Below, piece after piece: positions 1 through 12,114 of a stretch of 64,000 bases of DNA. The notes beneath the pieces were generated by a model. That model ran no database searches. It was not told where the DNA came from and saw only the letters and a program-made list of their open reading frames with translations. The position numbers and the translations under genes are program-made. The DNA lies in contig CBFDEM010000033.1 of assembly GCA_965603825.1 (NCBI GenBank), positions 1 to 64,000 of the forward strand, given 5' to 3'. Origin of the DNA: Blepharisma stoltei ATCC 30299 (Eukaryota; Protista; Ciliophora). The first letter of the stretch is position 1, and the number at the start of each line of letters is the position of its first letter.

Positions 1-1497
1 AACACCCTAACACCCTAACACCCTAACACCCTAACACCCTAACACCCTAACACCCTCCCTAACACCCTAACACCCTAACACCCTAACACCCTAACACCCT
101 AACACACCTAACACCCTAACACCCTAACACCCTAACACCCTAACACCCTAACACCCTAACACCCTAACACCCTAACACCCTAACACCCTAAACACCCTAA
201 CACCCTAACACCCTAACACCCTAACACCCTAACACCCTAACACCCTAACACCCTAACACCCTAACACCCTAACACCCTAACACCCTAACACCCTAACACC
301 CCTAACACCCTAACACCCTAACACCCTAACACCCTAACCTACACCCTAACACCCTAACACCCTAAACACCCCTAACACCCCTAACACCCTAACACCCTAA
401 CACCCTAACCCCTAACACCCTAACACCCTAACACCCTAACTCCCTAACACCCTAACCCCTAACACCCTAACACCCTAACACCCTAACACCCTAACACCCT
501 AACACCCTAACACCCTAACACCCTAACACCCTAACACCCTAACACCCTAACACCCTAACACCCTAACACCCTAACACCCTACACCCTAACACCCTAACAC
601 ACCCTAACACCCTAACACCCTAACACCCTAACACCCTAACACCCCTAACACCCTAACACCCTAACACCCCTAACACCCTAACACCCTAACACCCCTAACA
701 CCCTAACCACCCCTAACACCCTAACACCCTAACACCCTAACACCCTAACACCCTAACACCCTAACACCCTAACACCCCTAACACCCTAACACCCCTAACA
801 CCTCTAACACCCTAACACCCTAACACCCCTAACACCCTAACACCCCCTAACACCCTAACACCCTAACACCCTAACACCCTAACACCCTAACACCCTAACA
901 CCCTAACACCCTAACACCCTAACACCCTAACACCCTAACACCCTAACACCCTAACACCCCTAACACCCTAACACCCTAACACCCTAACACCCTAACACCC
1001 CTAACACCCTAACACCCTAACACCCTAACACCCTAACACCCTAACACCCTAACACCCTAACACCCTAACACCCCTAACACCCCTAACACCCTAACACCAC
1101 CCTAACACCCTAACACCCTAACACCCTAACACCCTAACACCCTAACACCCTAACACCCTAACACCCTAACACCCTAACACCCTAACACCCTAACACCCTA
1201 CACCCTAACACCCTAACACCCTAAACACCCTAACACCCTAACACCCTAACACCCTAACACCCTAACACCCTAACACCCTAACACCCTAACACCCTAACAC
1301 CCTAACACCCTAACACCCTAACACCCTAACACCCTAACACCCTAACACCCTAACACCCTAACACCCTAACACCCTAAACACCCCTAACACCCTAACACCC
1401 TAACACCCTAAACACCCTAACACCCTAACACCCCTAACACCCTAACACCCTAACACCCTAACACCCTAACACCTCCCCTAACACCCTAACACCCTAA
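1..1497 (+). repeat. Telomere, (CCCTAACA)n C-rich strand
   Basis: Tandem 8-nt CCCTAACA from base 1 with scattered 1-2 nt indel variants; this is the heterotrich (Blepharisma/Stentor) telomere unit. Confidence 0.98.
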
Positions 1498-1498
1498 G

Positions 1499-1633
1499 AA
1501 AGATTTGAGGAGTGAATTGAAGAAAGATATGGAAAAAAATCATAGAAGCAGACCACAAGATTTTAAAACGGTTATTTATTCAATAATGAAAGCAATAGAG
1601 AGTAATGCTGAACTTCAGCATTGAAGTTCCTAA
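1499..1633 (+). pseudogene. Probable 3' fragment of a CDS truncated by telomere addition
   Basis: Open, purine-rich frame starting at the junction: KDLRSELKKDMEKNHRSRPQDFKTVIYSIMKAIESNAELQH(TGA)SS-TAA. No recognisable domain. Confidence 0.45.
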
Positions 1634-1820
1634 TAATGATTTTGGTTTTTTCCTTGCAATTTGAAAAAGTGAACAGTAAAAAATAATTGCCAACACAAGA
1701 TATTGTTTCTGTATCTATTTAAAACGTTTAATTGTGTTTTAGCAAACAGAAAATCATTTAATCTTTTAATCTGATTTTTTATTTTTACTCTATTCTATTT
1801 ATTTAGCTTTGATATCATAA

Positions 1821-2021
1821 TTTCTATCACCATTGGTATTTTCATACCTACCCATAAATGCAAGCAGCTTTGATTTATGAACAATTCAGCATGATGGAGT
1901 TTCAAAGATCAACACAAGTCCATATGATTCGTTTATTGAGCTTGATATGAAACAATACGAAGGGCCTATGAGTATTTGTAACACAACAGTTAATTTTGAT
2001 ACTGACACAGGAGCAACATAA
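1821..2021 (+). pseudogene. Possible pepsin-like aspartic protease N-terminal remnant
   Basis: Frame reads ...MKQYEGPMSICNTTVNFDTDTGAT-TAA, resembling the QYYGxIxIG...F...DTG start of A1 proteases, and stops just after DTG. Confidence 0.35.
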
Positions 2022-2822
2022 TAGCGTAATACATTCTAGTTAAAACTAATCTAAATTAATATTATCAGAATCCTCCCATTTTAATTAGACTTATTCCCAC
2101 TTTAGCCTCAGCTTAATCAAATTATTTTAGTCCTGCTAGAGTAATGCTTGACACCTAAATTTCCAACCACAGGATGCTTCCAAAACCTACCTGATATTTT
2201 TTTCTTATTTCTCAGCTTGGAGTTAGCGCCATTTCGCGTGGCCTTGCGTCCTGAAATGTTATACAAAGAGCAGTTGGCAAGTGTCACATTTTAATGTATT
2301 AATTATGGAGCAAGGTAAAGCATTTAGCAATTTTTTTTTGCACTTTAAAATTGGTCCAATTATTGGTAAAAATTTCAATTTGTTCCTTTTATTTAAAGCA
2401 AAATTATATTTTTATAGGCAAATACTATAACTTCTATATGAATACTTTAATGACCAATTTAATATCTCCAAAACCAAAAATTTATCAATAGCTTGTTTAA
2501 TTTTAAAAGTTAGTATAAGAAAATATAATTAAACAAATGAAGCACCTTAATTCGATAAACTTCATCCCCTTTAAATTTAAACAGATGTTTTTTATTCAAT
2601 TAGGAGGCTAATCAATTTAAAATTAACTATTATTAGAATTGTCAAAATTAATCGCCAACTAATACAGATTCTTAATTTCTTACTATTCGATAATTATGCA
2701 AATATCAAATATTTTAAAAATTTATTATTGAATGCATTCATAATTCAAAAATTTTAGAAAATAACTTTTGGGCTTACTAATTTAGACATCTAATTATTTA
2801 TAATGACCTTGAATTATTTACT

Positions 2823-5800
2823 TTATTTTTTGATCTTTTTTATCTTTTCAAAATAATCACTGCCAGCTGTATCTTGATAAGTGGGTTGCACTTCAAATGA
2901 AACCATTTTTTTCTCATGAATAACCGTTGCCCTTTTCGCCTTTTCCACTGACTCTTTACCTTCAAAATAAGCCAAATTTTCATTATCATCATCAGTTTTA
3001 GTTACCAATTGCTTCTTCAGTTTTTCTTTTGGATCTATCTCAACTTTTTCACCTCTTCCATAATTCTTAATAAACCTATTTGCAAAATTTTTCATAAACC
3101 AATCCTTCGCCTTTTTGATTCCATTAAGTATAGAAATAATTTGAGTAACAAGATTAGCAACCAAATGAAACAGCAAAGACACTGACAATAAAGCAATAAC
3201 TCCCCAGCCTAAATTGGTGCGCTCATTATCAGACAATCCATTATCCAGGAACTTTAAAATTATGCAATGAGCTGCAAAATAAAAAGTTTCGCTTGCAATA
3301 TTCACGATATTCCCAAGGATCATTTTCTCATATGGCCGTATTAATATTAAAGATAGAGTAAAGGAAAAGGATAACAAGATTGACAGAGACACCTGTATTG
3401 CTGGGTACTCATACAAGAACACACAAAGCAAAACGAAAAGCACTCTTCTTAAATTCTGAACGATAAGATATGAGGTAGAAATCTTGAAATTCCTCTTGAA
3501 GCTCTCATACAATGTCCCGTACTTCCTTTCGTGCTGCTCCTTGTTAAGGACTGATTCAGGCTTTAATGTAACTTGCCATATTATGATTACAAAAGTCAGC
3601 ATCAGATACGCAAAAGTCAAGAAGCTTAATATGAGGGAAAAATAGCCAATGTTTTGTGCTGGGGTGACGATTTCTCTTCATTGCAGAAACACTGAAAGCG
3701 AAATTTCTAAAAATGATTCTATGCCTGCCCTAAGTAATATAGAGTATAAATAGGCATTTTTGATCCATCTTACTAGTCGAAATCTTGAAAAATATCTGTA
3801 AGCAATAAAAGTGATAGGGATGCCTGATAAGATTATTACCCAAAGCAATAAAAATTGCCCTGCGTTCATGAAAAAATCTGTATTGAAATTTTCATCGAGA
3901 AATGATTCTGGAGGGTCAGGAAAGGGATCGTCCTTGACGAGATACATCTGAAATGGATTGGGTATGAAGTTCCCATTTGCAATGCTGAGTGCGCTTAAAA
4001 ATGTTTTGACGTTGTCTGGGTATTTTGGAGATAAAAATATCAAATAGTTGATTAGCTGCATCATTTCTACCATGCCCCATAGAGCTTGAAGATTAAATAG
4101 CCCACCAGAAAATGAGCCACTTGTTGAGCCAATGACTCCTCCGACAACAACAACCGTAGTAGCTGTTGTGACAGTTGTGGTAACAGCTTGGCCGTAAGAA
4201 TATGTATAAGAAGTTGGGAGGCTGAGCTCTACCTTGGACGTCTCCATTTTGTTTCCGCTTAAATCAGTTATAACTTCTGGATGGTAGAATTTGAGAGAAA
4301 CAATCGTCCCAGTTGCAACACTATCATATACATTTAGCTTGATTGTATAAATAGAATGCGTGGCTTGTATAGTTCAATCAGTTTTTCTGGTGCTTTCTAA
4401 GGATATTTCGATATTTGAAGACATTTCTGTTGAAGTCTGAATTTGCTCACTAAAAGATAAGGCGAGAGCATAGCCTGTCCCAGTTTCGTAAAGGTAGGCC
4501 AGTATTGGAATTGGAGGCGTTTGGTCTATACAAGTATCTGGGTTGCTCATACTCCCACCTGAGCAAGACCACCCAGATTCAACAGTGCAATTAGCAGAGC
4601 ATCCATCCCCATTAATTGTATTTCCATCGTCACATTCAGCTTCTCCCATATTCCTGCCATCTCCACAGATTTCTGTGCAATTTTGAGCCAGCTCAGCTAA
4701 TAAATCATTTGAACCTATTGAACTCGGGTTCTTTGTTCCATAACCTACAAATGCGTTGCATGGGAAGCAGCTAGATGATCAAAGAACTGGCGATTTCTCA
4801 GCGCATGTTAGACAATTGTATGATGAAGAAGTACAGGTCTTGCATGGATATCTGCATTGAGAGCATTTCCCATATTGATCAATATAAGACCCATCAGGGC
4901 AAGTGCATTGACTATCCACTTTTAGATAGTCAGAATAGCATATCATACAAGTAGAACTATTGAAACAAGTTTTGCAGTAATCTGGGCATTTAGAGCATTT
5001 ATTTTCAACGAGATTTAAAAAGTATCCATCTCCGCAGTCGTCAACGCAGGTGTTTTCTTTTCGAATAAATCCTACTGAGCAGCTGCACTGCCCGCTTGAC
5101 AAGGTTGCATTATCAACACATTTTATGCAGGTTCCAATGTCATATTTAGTGCATGAGTAGCATAAGTCGTCATAGCATAGGTTGCATGTGCCACTTCTAG
5201 AGCAAGGATAGCCACAACTGCTGCTGCAGTCTACACACGATCCAGATCCATCAACATACTGGGATGCACTGCACGTAGAGATGCAGTAATTCAATGATAA
5301 TGGGCAGGCTGAGCAGGAGCTGCAAGAGCCTAGACCTCCTTGAACTTGAGCAGGAGTTCTTGCATAGTTATAAAGGGATAAAGAATAAAGAAATCCATGA
5401 AACGCGCCTTCTCCAGTGGAGGACCCAATCCAATGTCTCGTTCCACCTGCTTCTTTATAATAGCCCGAAATGGAAGAATAAGAATAGCTAAAGGTATTTC
5501 TCATCATGGTCAGCTCAGATGTGATTGCCGTATCATCAAATTTTATCGAAATTGCATAGAGCGCCCACTCAGTTTTGGTGACATCGGCGGCAACTGGGCT
5601 TAAATATGTTTTACCATCCCCATACATGCTAATGCCCCACCAAGCCTCAAGTCTGCCATAATCGTCCAGAAAATATGCAATTGGATGAGTCCGATTTCAT
5701 TGTGACGTTGAGACATAATTCACATAGTATCAGGTTGGATCTGATACACTGCTTGAAAACAAGCATCCCTTGTAACTAAGTAGCATTGCCCACATTTGGA

Positions 5801-7631
5801 TTGTGAAATCGGTGCCAAACAGCTTATGGTCTGTCGATGACTGAGGGATGATTTCAATTCTGTCTACTGAGAGAAAGATTCCTCTCTTAATAGCTGGTGA
5901 TGGATCCAAGTAGTCAAATGTAGGATAATACTGATCAGAGTACATTCCAAAGCTTAAAAGAATGTTGTTGGAAGTGAAATCCCCTTTTAAGTTGTTTTCA
6001 AATGATACATCTAATATATTCCCTGCAGTTCCTGTGCAGGCATTTAGGGTTGAGTCTCTATAGTACCCAAAAGGACAATAGTTTAAGCATAAACTACTGT
6101 GGGTTGGCTGAGAATAATATCCGGATGCACAGCTTGTGCACTTATATTCAACTATAGACCCCGAACAGCTGGAGCAGGACTCATGACATTCTAATTATAG
6201 CTTACTGTTGCACATTCCATTTGTATCCATCCAATAGCCGTCAGGGCATTTTTGACACGTCCAAATTCCGCTAAATTGATTAAAAGCACCAGTGCCACTT
6301 AGCGTGCAAGCAGGAAACAAATAATCCGGCACGTGGTTGATAATATTACTTGTTAAATCTGCTAAATTAATGACAACTCCTGGATATAGTCTAATATCTG
6401 CATAATATCCTCCATATAAAGTTGAATCAGTTCCTCCTACATAAATGACCATTTCTGAGGGTTTGAGGAGAAGCGCGGAATGTGTAGCAGTTGTAGTGTC
6501 ATGAGAAATACTTGCCAGTGATTTTGCTACATACAGATCCATATAACTTCCATCTGAAGTGGCTGAGAAAAAGGTCCAGCTAGAAAAGGGTCCTGGGTAT
6601 GAGGACTGGGTAAGTTGAATATCAGCTGAAGTTATTGTATCATGCAAGCTGAAGCTCATATAGCAGCTGCCAGAAGTAGTAGTGCTAACAGTTGAGTGTG
6701 AATGAGTTGTGGATGCAATTTTCAGAAAAGTGCCTGAAGAGCAAGCGCCTGATTTGTACATCCAGCCAGTCACTGTAAAAGAAGTGGAGCTACTCAAAGG
6801 ACTGCTCCAGTCGAGATAAATCTCATCATACCCATAAATAATGTCGCTTGTTACTGTAGGAGCTGTATACGGGGTTGTAGAGTACATATAAGGCTGAACC
6901 AATGCCAAGAAACGGTTATGTGACTGACATCATTGATCCGCTTGAGAATAGCATATCAGGTTAGAAGAGCATGAATTTGGGCAAGAGTTTCTCAGTGAAT
7001 ATTGAGTATCCCAATCTGCTTTTTGAAAATATTGATTCAAGTGGAGTTTGAAGTCTCCTACTCTGCCATTGAACGAAGAACTTCCTCCCATTTTAAGATA
7101 GGAGTTAAACTTGATGCCAACGTCAGCATTCCACGTCCCTGTAGAACAAACTGACCCAGAGCCTTGGTTAATGCACAATAGGGATTGATAGTGAGAAAAG
7201 CCACAGGAAATCCCAATAAATTTTCATTGATTAGGAGATGTCTATGTAGATATTACGATTGAGTGGGAAAGAACTTGATTTAGAATTGGATAGTCTGAAT
7301 TTTTCCATGTGAGCTTAATTGTGCTTGAATCATAGTAAAGCAATGGAAAATAGTTAATATAGGCATAGTTTGTTCTAAATAAAAAATACTGAATTCTATA
7401 TAAGTCAAATATCTGTCCCGCATCTGTGGAGTCACTGATTTTTATTCAAAGGGATATTCCAAACTCTCCTTTATTTTCTTCACCTGACAAGAATGCTTCG
7501 GTAAGAGAGATTGTTATTTCTGATGCGTTTGAACAAAAATATTGGGAAAAGGCTCGAGGGAAGATTACATAATCGCTAGCGTTGGAAGATCTTATTAAAA
7601 GAAGTAAGGTACAACATATTCAGGAAATCAT
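2823..7631 (-). CDS. Large Cys-rich surface membrane protein (~1592 aa): signal peptide, LamG-like regions, furin-like Cys repeats, CGDG...ECDDGN repeat, multi-TM C-terminus
   Basis: Seven track ORFs share one frame and are separated only by TGA or two 15-nt introns. ATG at 7631 (MISWICCTLLLLIRSSNA), TAA at 2823. Confidence 0.88.
6191..6205 (-). other. 15-nt intron GTAAGCTATAATTAG
   Basis: Removes in-frame TAA; GT-AG, A at position 10; restores ...CNKCHESC. Confidence 0.9.
7242..7256 (-). other. 15-nt intron GTAATATCTACATAG
   Basis: Removes in-frame TAG; A at position 10. Confidence 0.88.
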
Positions 7632-7942
7632 TATATTTTTATATTATAACTTAAAATGCTAGATAAAATTAACCTATCTATTTAGAAACATTACTGAGGA
7701 TAAAAAAAAAACCAATTTGTTTAGAATCTATTCATTTTTCTATTGCTTATTTTCTTAATTAACGGTTATAGACCTTTAGTGTTTTTATCTTCAAGCAGTA
7801 TAAATAAATTGATTCAAAATCATATATTATAATTAAAAATCTTAAAAAAATTGCAGACTTTAATTCGATTAAAATTTTGGAATTGTTACAATCTCTTCAT
7901 TAATTAAATATTTTGATATTTATAATATTATTGGAAACAAAA

Positions 7943-10900
7943 TTAATGGATTTGATCTTTGATTTTTCTGAAGAGTGAATCTTTTTGCGACAGCTCCTCA
8001 GGGCTCCCTATTTCTGCAGCAATTCCATCTTGCATCACAATAATAAAGTCGCTTTCCATAACTGTTATGAGTCTGTGGGCGATAGTGAGAATAGTACAGC
8101 CGAAAAACTTTCCTTTTATTAAATTCTGGATTTCATGATCACTCTCCTGATCAACTCCAGCAGTTGCTTCGTCAAATAAAATAACTTTTGTATTGGCAAG
8201 CATGGCTCTCGCTATACTGATGAGCTGTTTTTCTCCAGCTGATAAATTTGACCCACTACCTTTGATATCGTGGTCAATTGAGAATTTTGAGAGATTTACT
8301 TCTTCCAACGCCTTTTTTATTTCATCATCTGATTTCAGTTGACACGGATCTAAATTCTTTCTTAGAGTGGAAGAAAAGACTAATGGATCTTGAGGTACTA
8401 GTGTAATTGCTGACCTCAGTTTGTCTAACCCTATATGTGATATGTCTACGCCGTCAATAAAAATTATTCCTTTATCGATTTCAACAATTCTCAAAAGGGC
8501 AAGAAAAACAGAAGACTTTCCGCTTCCAGTTCGCCCTACAAATCCTATTCGTTTTGATCCTTTGATTTTAAAGTTTACTCCTTTTAAAATATATGGTGTA
8601 TCAGGCCTGTATTTCATGAAAACATTTCTGAATTCAATTGATGGATTCTCTGGCCAACGAAATAAATTTTTGTCAGTCTGTAATTGGCTTGGCTTTTCTA
8701 CAGGAATGTTCATATACTGTTCGGCCCTTTCGACTGAGATCACTGAGTTCTCCAAGTATGCTAAATCAAAAATCAAATAGCTCATATCAATTGGTAAAGG
8801 AATAACATAAGCCAAACATAATCCAACAGTTGCGGCAGATAGATCATACCTTAGTAGAATAATTGTACAAAGCAAAAGGAATATAAATGCAGAAGTCAAA
8901 AGTCCAAGATATAAATTAATCCAGCAATAGCATGCTCCGAGTGAATAAAGTATCCTAGAGTTGCTGTTTAATAAATCATAATTTTTAGCATGAAAGACCT
9001 CAGTTTGTTTGAATGCCCGAATAAGCTTAGCCCCAGTAAGTGTTTCAGAAAAGTGATTAAGAATTGGAGACTTTGAGATTGCCTCCAGTCTTGTCAATTC
9101 CCTTGAAGCTCCCAAGTATGCATCTTTTATTTTTAGCGCAAAGTAAATGAATAAAGGCAAGGCAATAACCAGGTGTGGAAAATATATAAGAGCCATAAAA
9201 ATCGCTGCGCTAGCCTCTGACAGCATAACCAATGTGTAGCCAATAACAAGTGGAACAGTCGCATCGATTTTATCTATATCTTTGCTTAGCCTGTTCAAAA
9301 TTCTCCCTGTAGGTGTAACATCATAGAAAAGATTGATTGGTGCCCTTATAAAAGATTCAATCATTTTGTCGTGAATGTTTTGAGAAGCTCTGTTCCCGAG
9401 AAAATAATTGAGGAAAATTGCTCTTAAAGGTACAAATATGCTACCACCAACTCTTAAGCATAAATAAAGTACTAGTAGTGTGGAAGTGTCACTGGGATTG
9501 CTGCTTCATTCTTTTAGAACTATATCTCCAGATACTCGAGTAGTAGTCCAGAGAGCCACAGATAAGCAAGTTAAAGCAAGCATAGTGTATCCGCCTGAGA
9601 ATTTAAAATAGTCCTTATACACTTTACTGCTTACTTTTCCTGACTCTTTTTCCTCGTCTTCTATCAGCTTTTTAGGCTCATGGGGAATTTCTTGGGGTTC
9701 AGAATTATCCTTCTCAATAAGTGATTCTTGAATGCTCAAAGTAGCAGGCTCAGAAATTTGGCTTATTTTTCCATCTTCTAAAACAATGATACGATCCACT
9801 TTGTCTAAGATATTCAAGCGGTGGGTAACAAGAATTCGTGTTTTGTTAGAGAGTAGATTAAGAAAACAGTTATTCATAATGGAATTGGCTACAAAATTGT
9901 CAACAGAGCTTAAAGGATCATCAAGGAGATAAATTTCTTTATCAGCATATACAGCCCTTGCTAGGCAAACTCTAGCCTTTTGTCCCCCGCTTAAATTGAT
10001 ACCTTTTTCTCCTATTTCTGTAAAATCTTTATCAGGTAATGAACTTATATCTTGAGACAAGCAGCATGCATCTATGACTTTCATGTATCAGCTCTCATTA
10101 TATGGCTTTCCAAATAAAATATTATTCCTTAGGCTGTCGTTTTGGAGCCAAGATTCTAAAGAAGGAGCATACGCAATTTGATCATTTACACAAATCTCCC
10201 CAGATTCGACCTTGAGCTCTCCCATAATTGCATTGAGAAGTGATGACTTCCCGCTCCCAACTGGCCCAACAATAGCGATGAATTCATTTTTCTTTAAGTT
10301 TAGGTTAATACAATTTAATAGCGTTTTGCCTTCACACTCAAATGAACAATTTTTGATTTCGACAGTATCACCTTTAGGAAGTTGTCTCAATTCGCTGACA
10401 TCAAGGAACTTTTGCACTCTTTTTATGCTTACAAAGCATAAAATTAAGCTAGTCAGTATGTAAGGAACTTCTTGAAGAGAGTCCTGAAGAATGAGCAAAG
10501 TTGATAAAGTTACAAAGGTGACTTCTGGATTTAGTGACTTTTCCATAATTTGTGTGTAGTAGACGAATACAGAAGCGGCTGTTAAACTTGGGGTTGACCA
10601 GAATAAATATGATGCTCCAGAGTACGCTAAATTGTAAGATTTTAGAGAAGAAAGCTCTCTTTTCCTGATATCATGGATTAGATTTTTGAAGAAGTTTTCT
10701 CATACGTAAGCTTTGATGATTTTGATATTTCTGACGAGTTGAGAAGACATCTCGATCCTTTCATCTTTTATAGCCATCGTTTTACTTTGAAACTTCTTTA
10801 ATAGCGAAGAAGAAAAATAGCTCAAAGATAAGCACATCAACAATACTCCTAATCCAGCAAAAACTGCGGATCCAACTTGCAAGTAGATTAAATAAATAGA

Positions 10901-11533
10901 TAAGACAGCTTGAACCGGGCATGAGATGAATAGCCCAAGGTCGATGAACACAGAGTAAATCTTTTCTGCGTCTACTTCTAGAACGTTGACTCCAAGCCCT
11001 TCAGGGACTTTTGAAGCTTTTAAGACTTTTCCATAAATAGCATTTGCCAAGGAATTTTTTACTCTGATCTCAATAAGTTTGCTATTAAATTTCACTCTTC
11101 CTTTTAATATCTGATTTAGTATATGAATAGCTGAAAAGGCTAATAAAATATAGACCCCAGTCGTGAGAGGCTTTTCTTCAGACTCGATGTAAGAGATGAG
11201 CCATTTTATAAGTAAGGGAGCTGACAGATCTAACAATGCACATGCATTTCCTAGAAAAATAGATAAAAGTATAAGTTTTAGGTTGGAAAGTATAATGGCT
11301 CAAAAAAGCTTGTGTTTTTTCAGGTTCTGGGTGAGTTCTTCATTCTCTGCCTTTTCTTCATCTGGTAGAGGGTAAGTGTCATCAGAAGTAACATCTTTCT
11401 TTTTACTTAAATCAAGGATCGATTTTACTCATGTGAAGAAAGTCATTGAAAAAAATCCTGGCTTTTTTGTGGAGCGTGCTGGAAAATATGTGTAAGAGCT
11501 TTGATTTAAATTGTTGAGAGGTTGAAGTTCCAT
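7943..11533 (-). CDS. ABCC/MRP-type ABC transporter, copy 1 (1196 aa, TMD-NBD-TMD-NBD)
   Basis: Single frame with TGA=W. NBD1 GPVGSGKS/LSGGQ/LLDD; NBD2 GRTGSGKS/LSAGEKQ/DEAT; FYDVTPTGRILNR motif. Confidence 0.93.
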
Positions 11534-12114
11534 TTTAATTCTTTATATGGAGATAAAATTGCTTTAATACAGAAGTCTTTAAGATATTTGAAGCTTTGAA
11601 GGCACTAATTTTTAAAACTTTATCGTAGTAAAATATATATTTCCTTTTATGTTATTTTATTATTTCAACAGAGCTCTCTTTATTAAGTGCATTATAGCTT
11701 TTTTCTTTCCTATTTCATTTTTTTACAATTTCTTTAAATAATTTAAGAGGCAGTCAAAAAATCATTTATGCAAATAGCAATTATATTTTAGAAAAAAGAA
11801 TTAGAAGATTATAAAACTCTTCCCACAATTGAAGCAAAAAATATTATGCACCCAACCAAAACCATCAAAATAAATCTTAAGAATCGTTCCTATTAATAGA
11901 GAGGCGAGGTTAATTTTTTAAAAGTCCAGTTTAATGGATTTGATATTTGAAAAGTTAATAAGATTTATTATGAAGTCTAACTAATTAACCATTAATGCAT
12001 ATGTTTTCAAAATGCATAAATATTCGGAACAATTCTCATATCACAAATCTGAAAAAATTTGATTTCTAATAAAATTTATCTTCATTAATATTATCAATTT
12101 TAATCGTAAAATAA

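Noticed and set aside
1-1497. Variant telomere units as a second repeat type
   Set aside because: Mostly sporadic homopolymer indels, as expected from low-coverage long-read ends.
2210-2290. GC-richer patch in the subtelomere as a possible ncRNA
   Set aside because: No convincing stems, snoRNA boxes or Pol III boxes found by eye.
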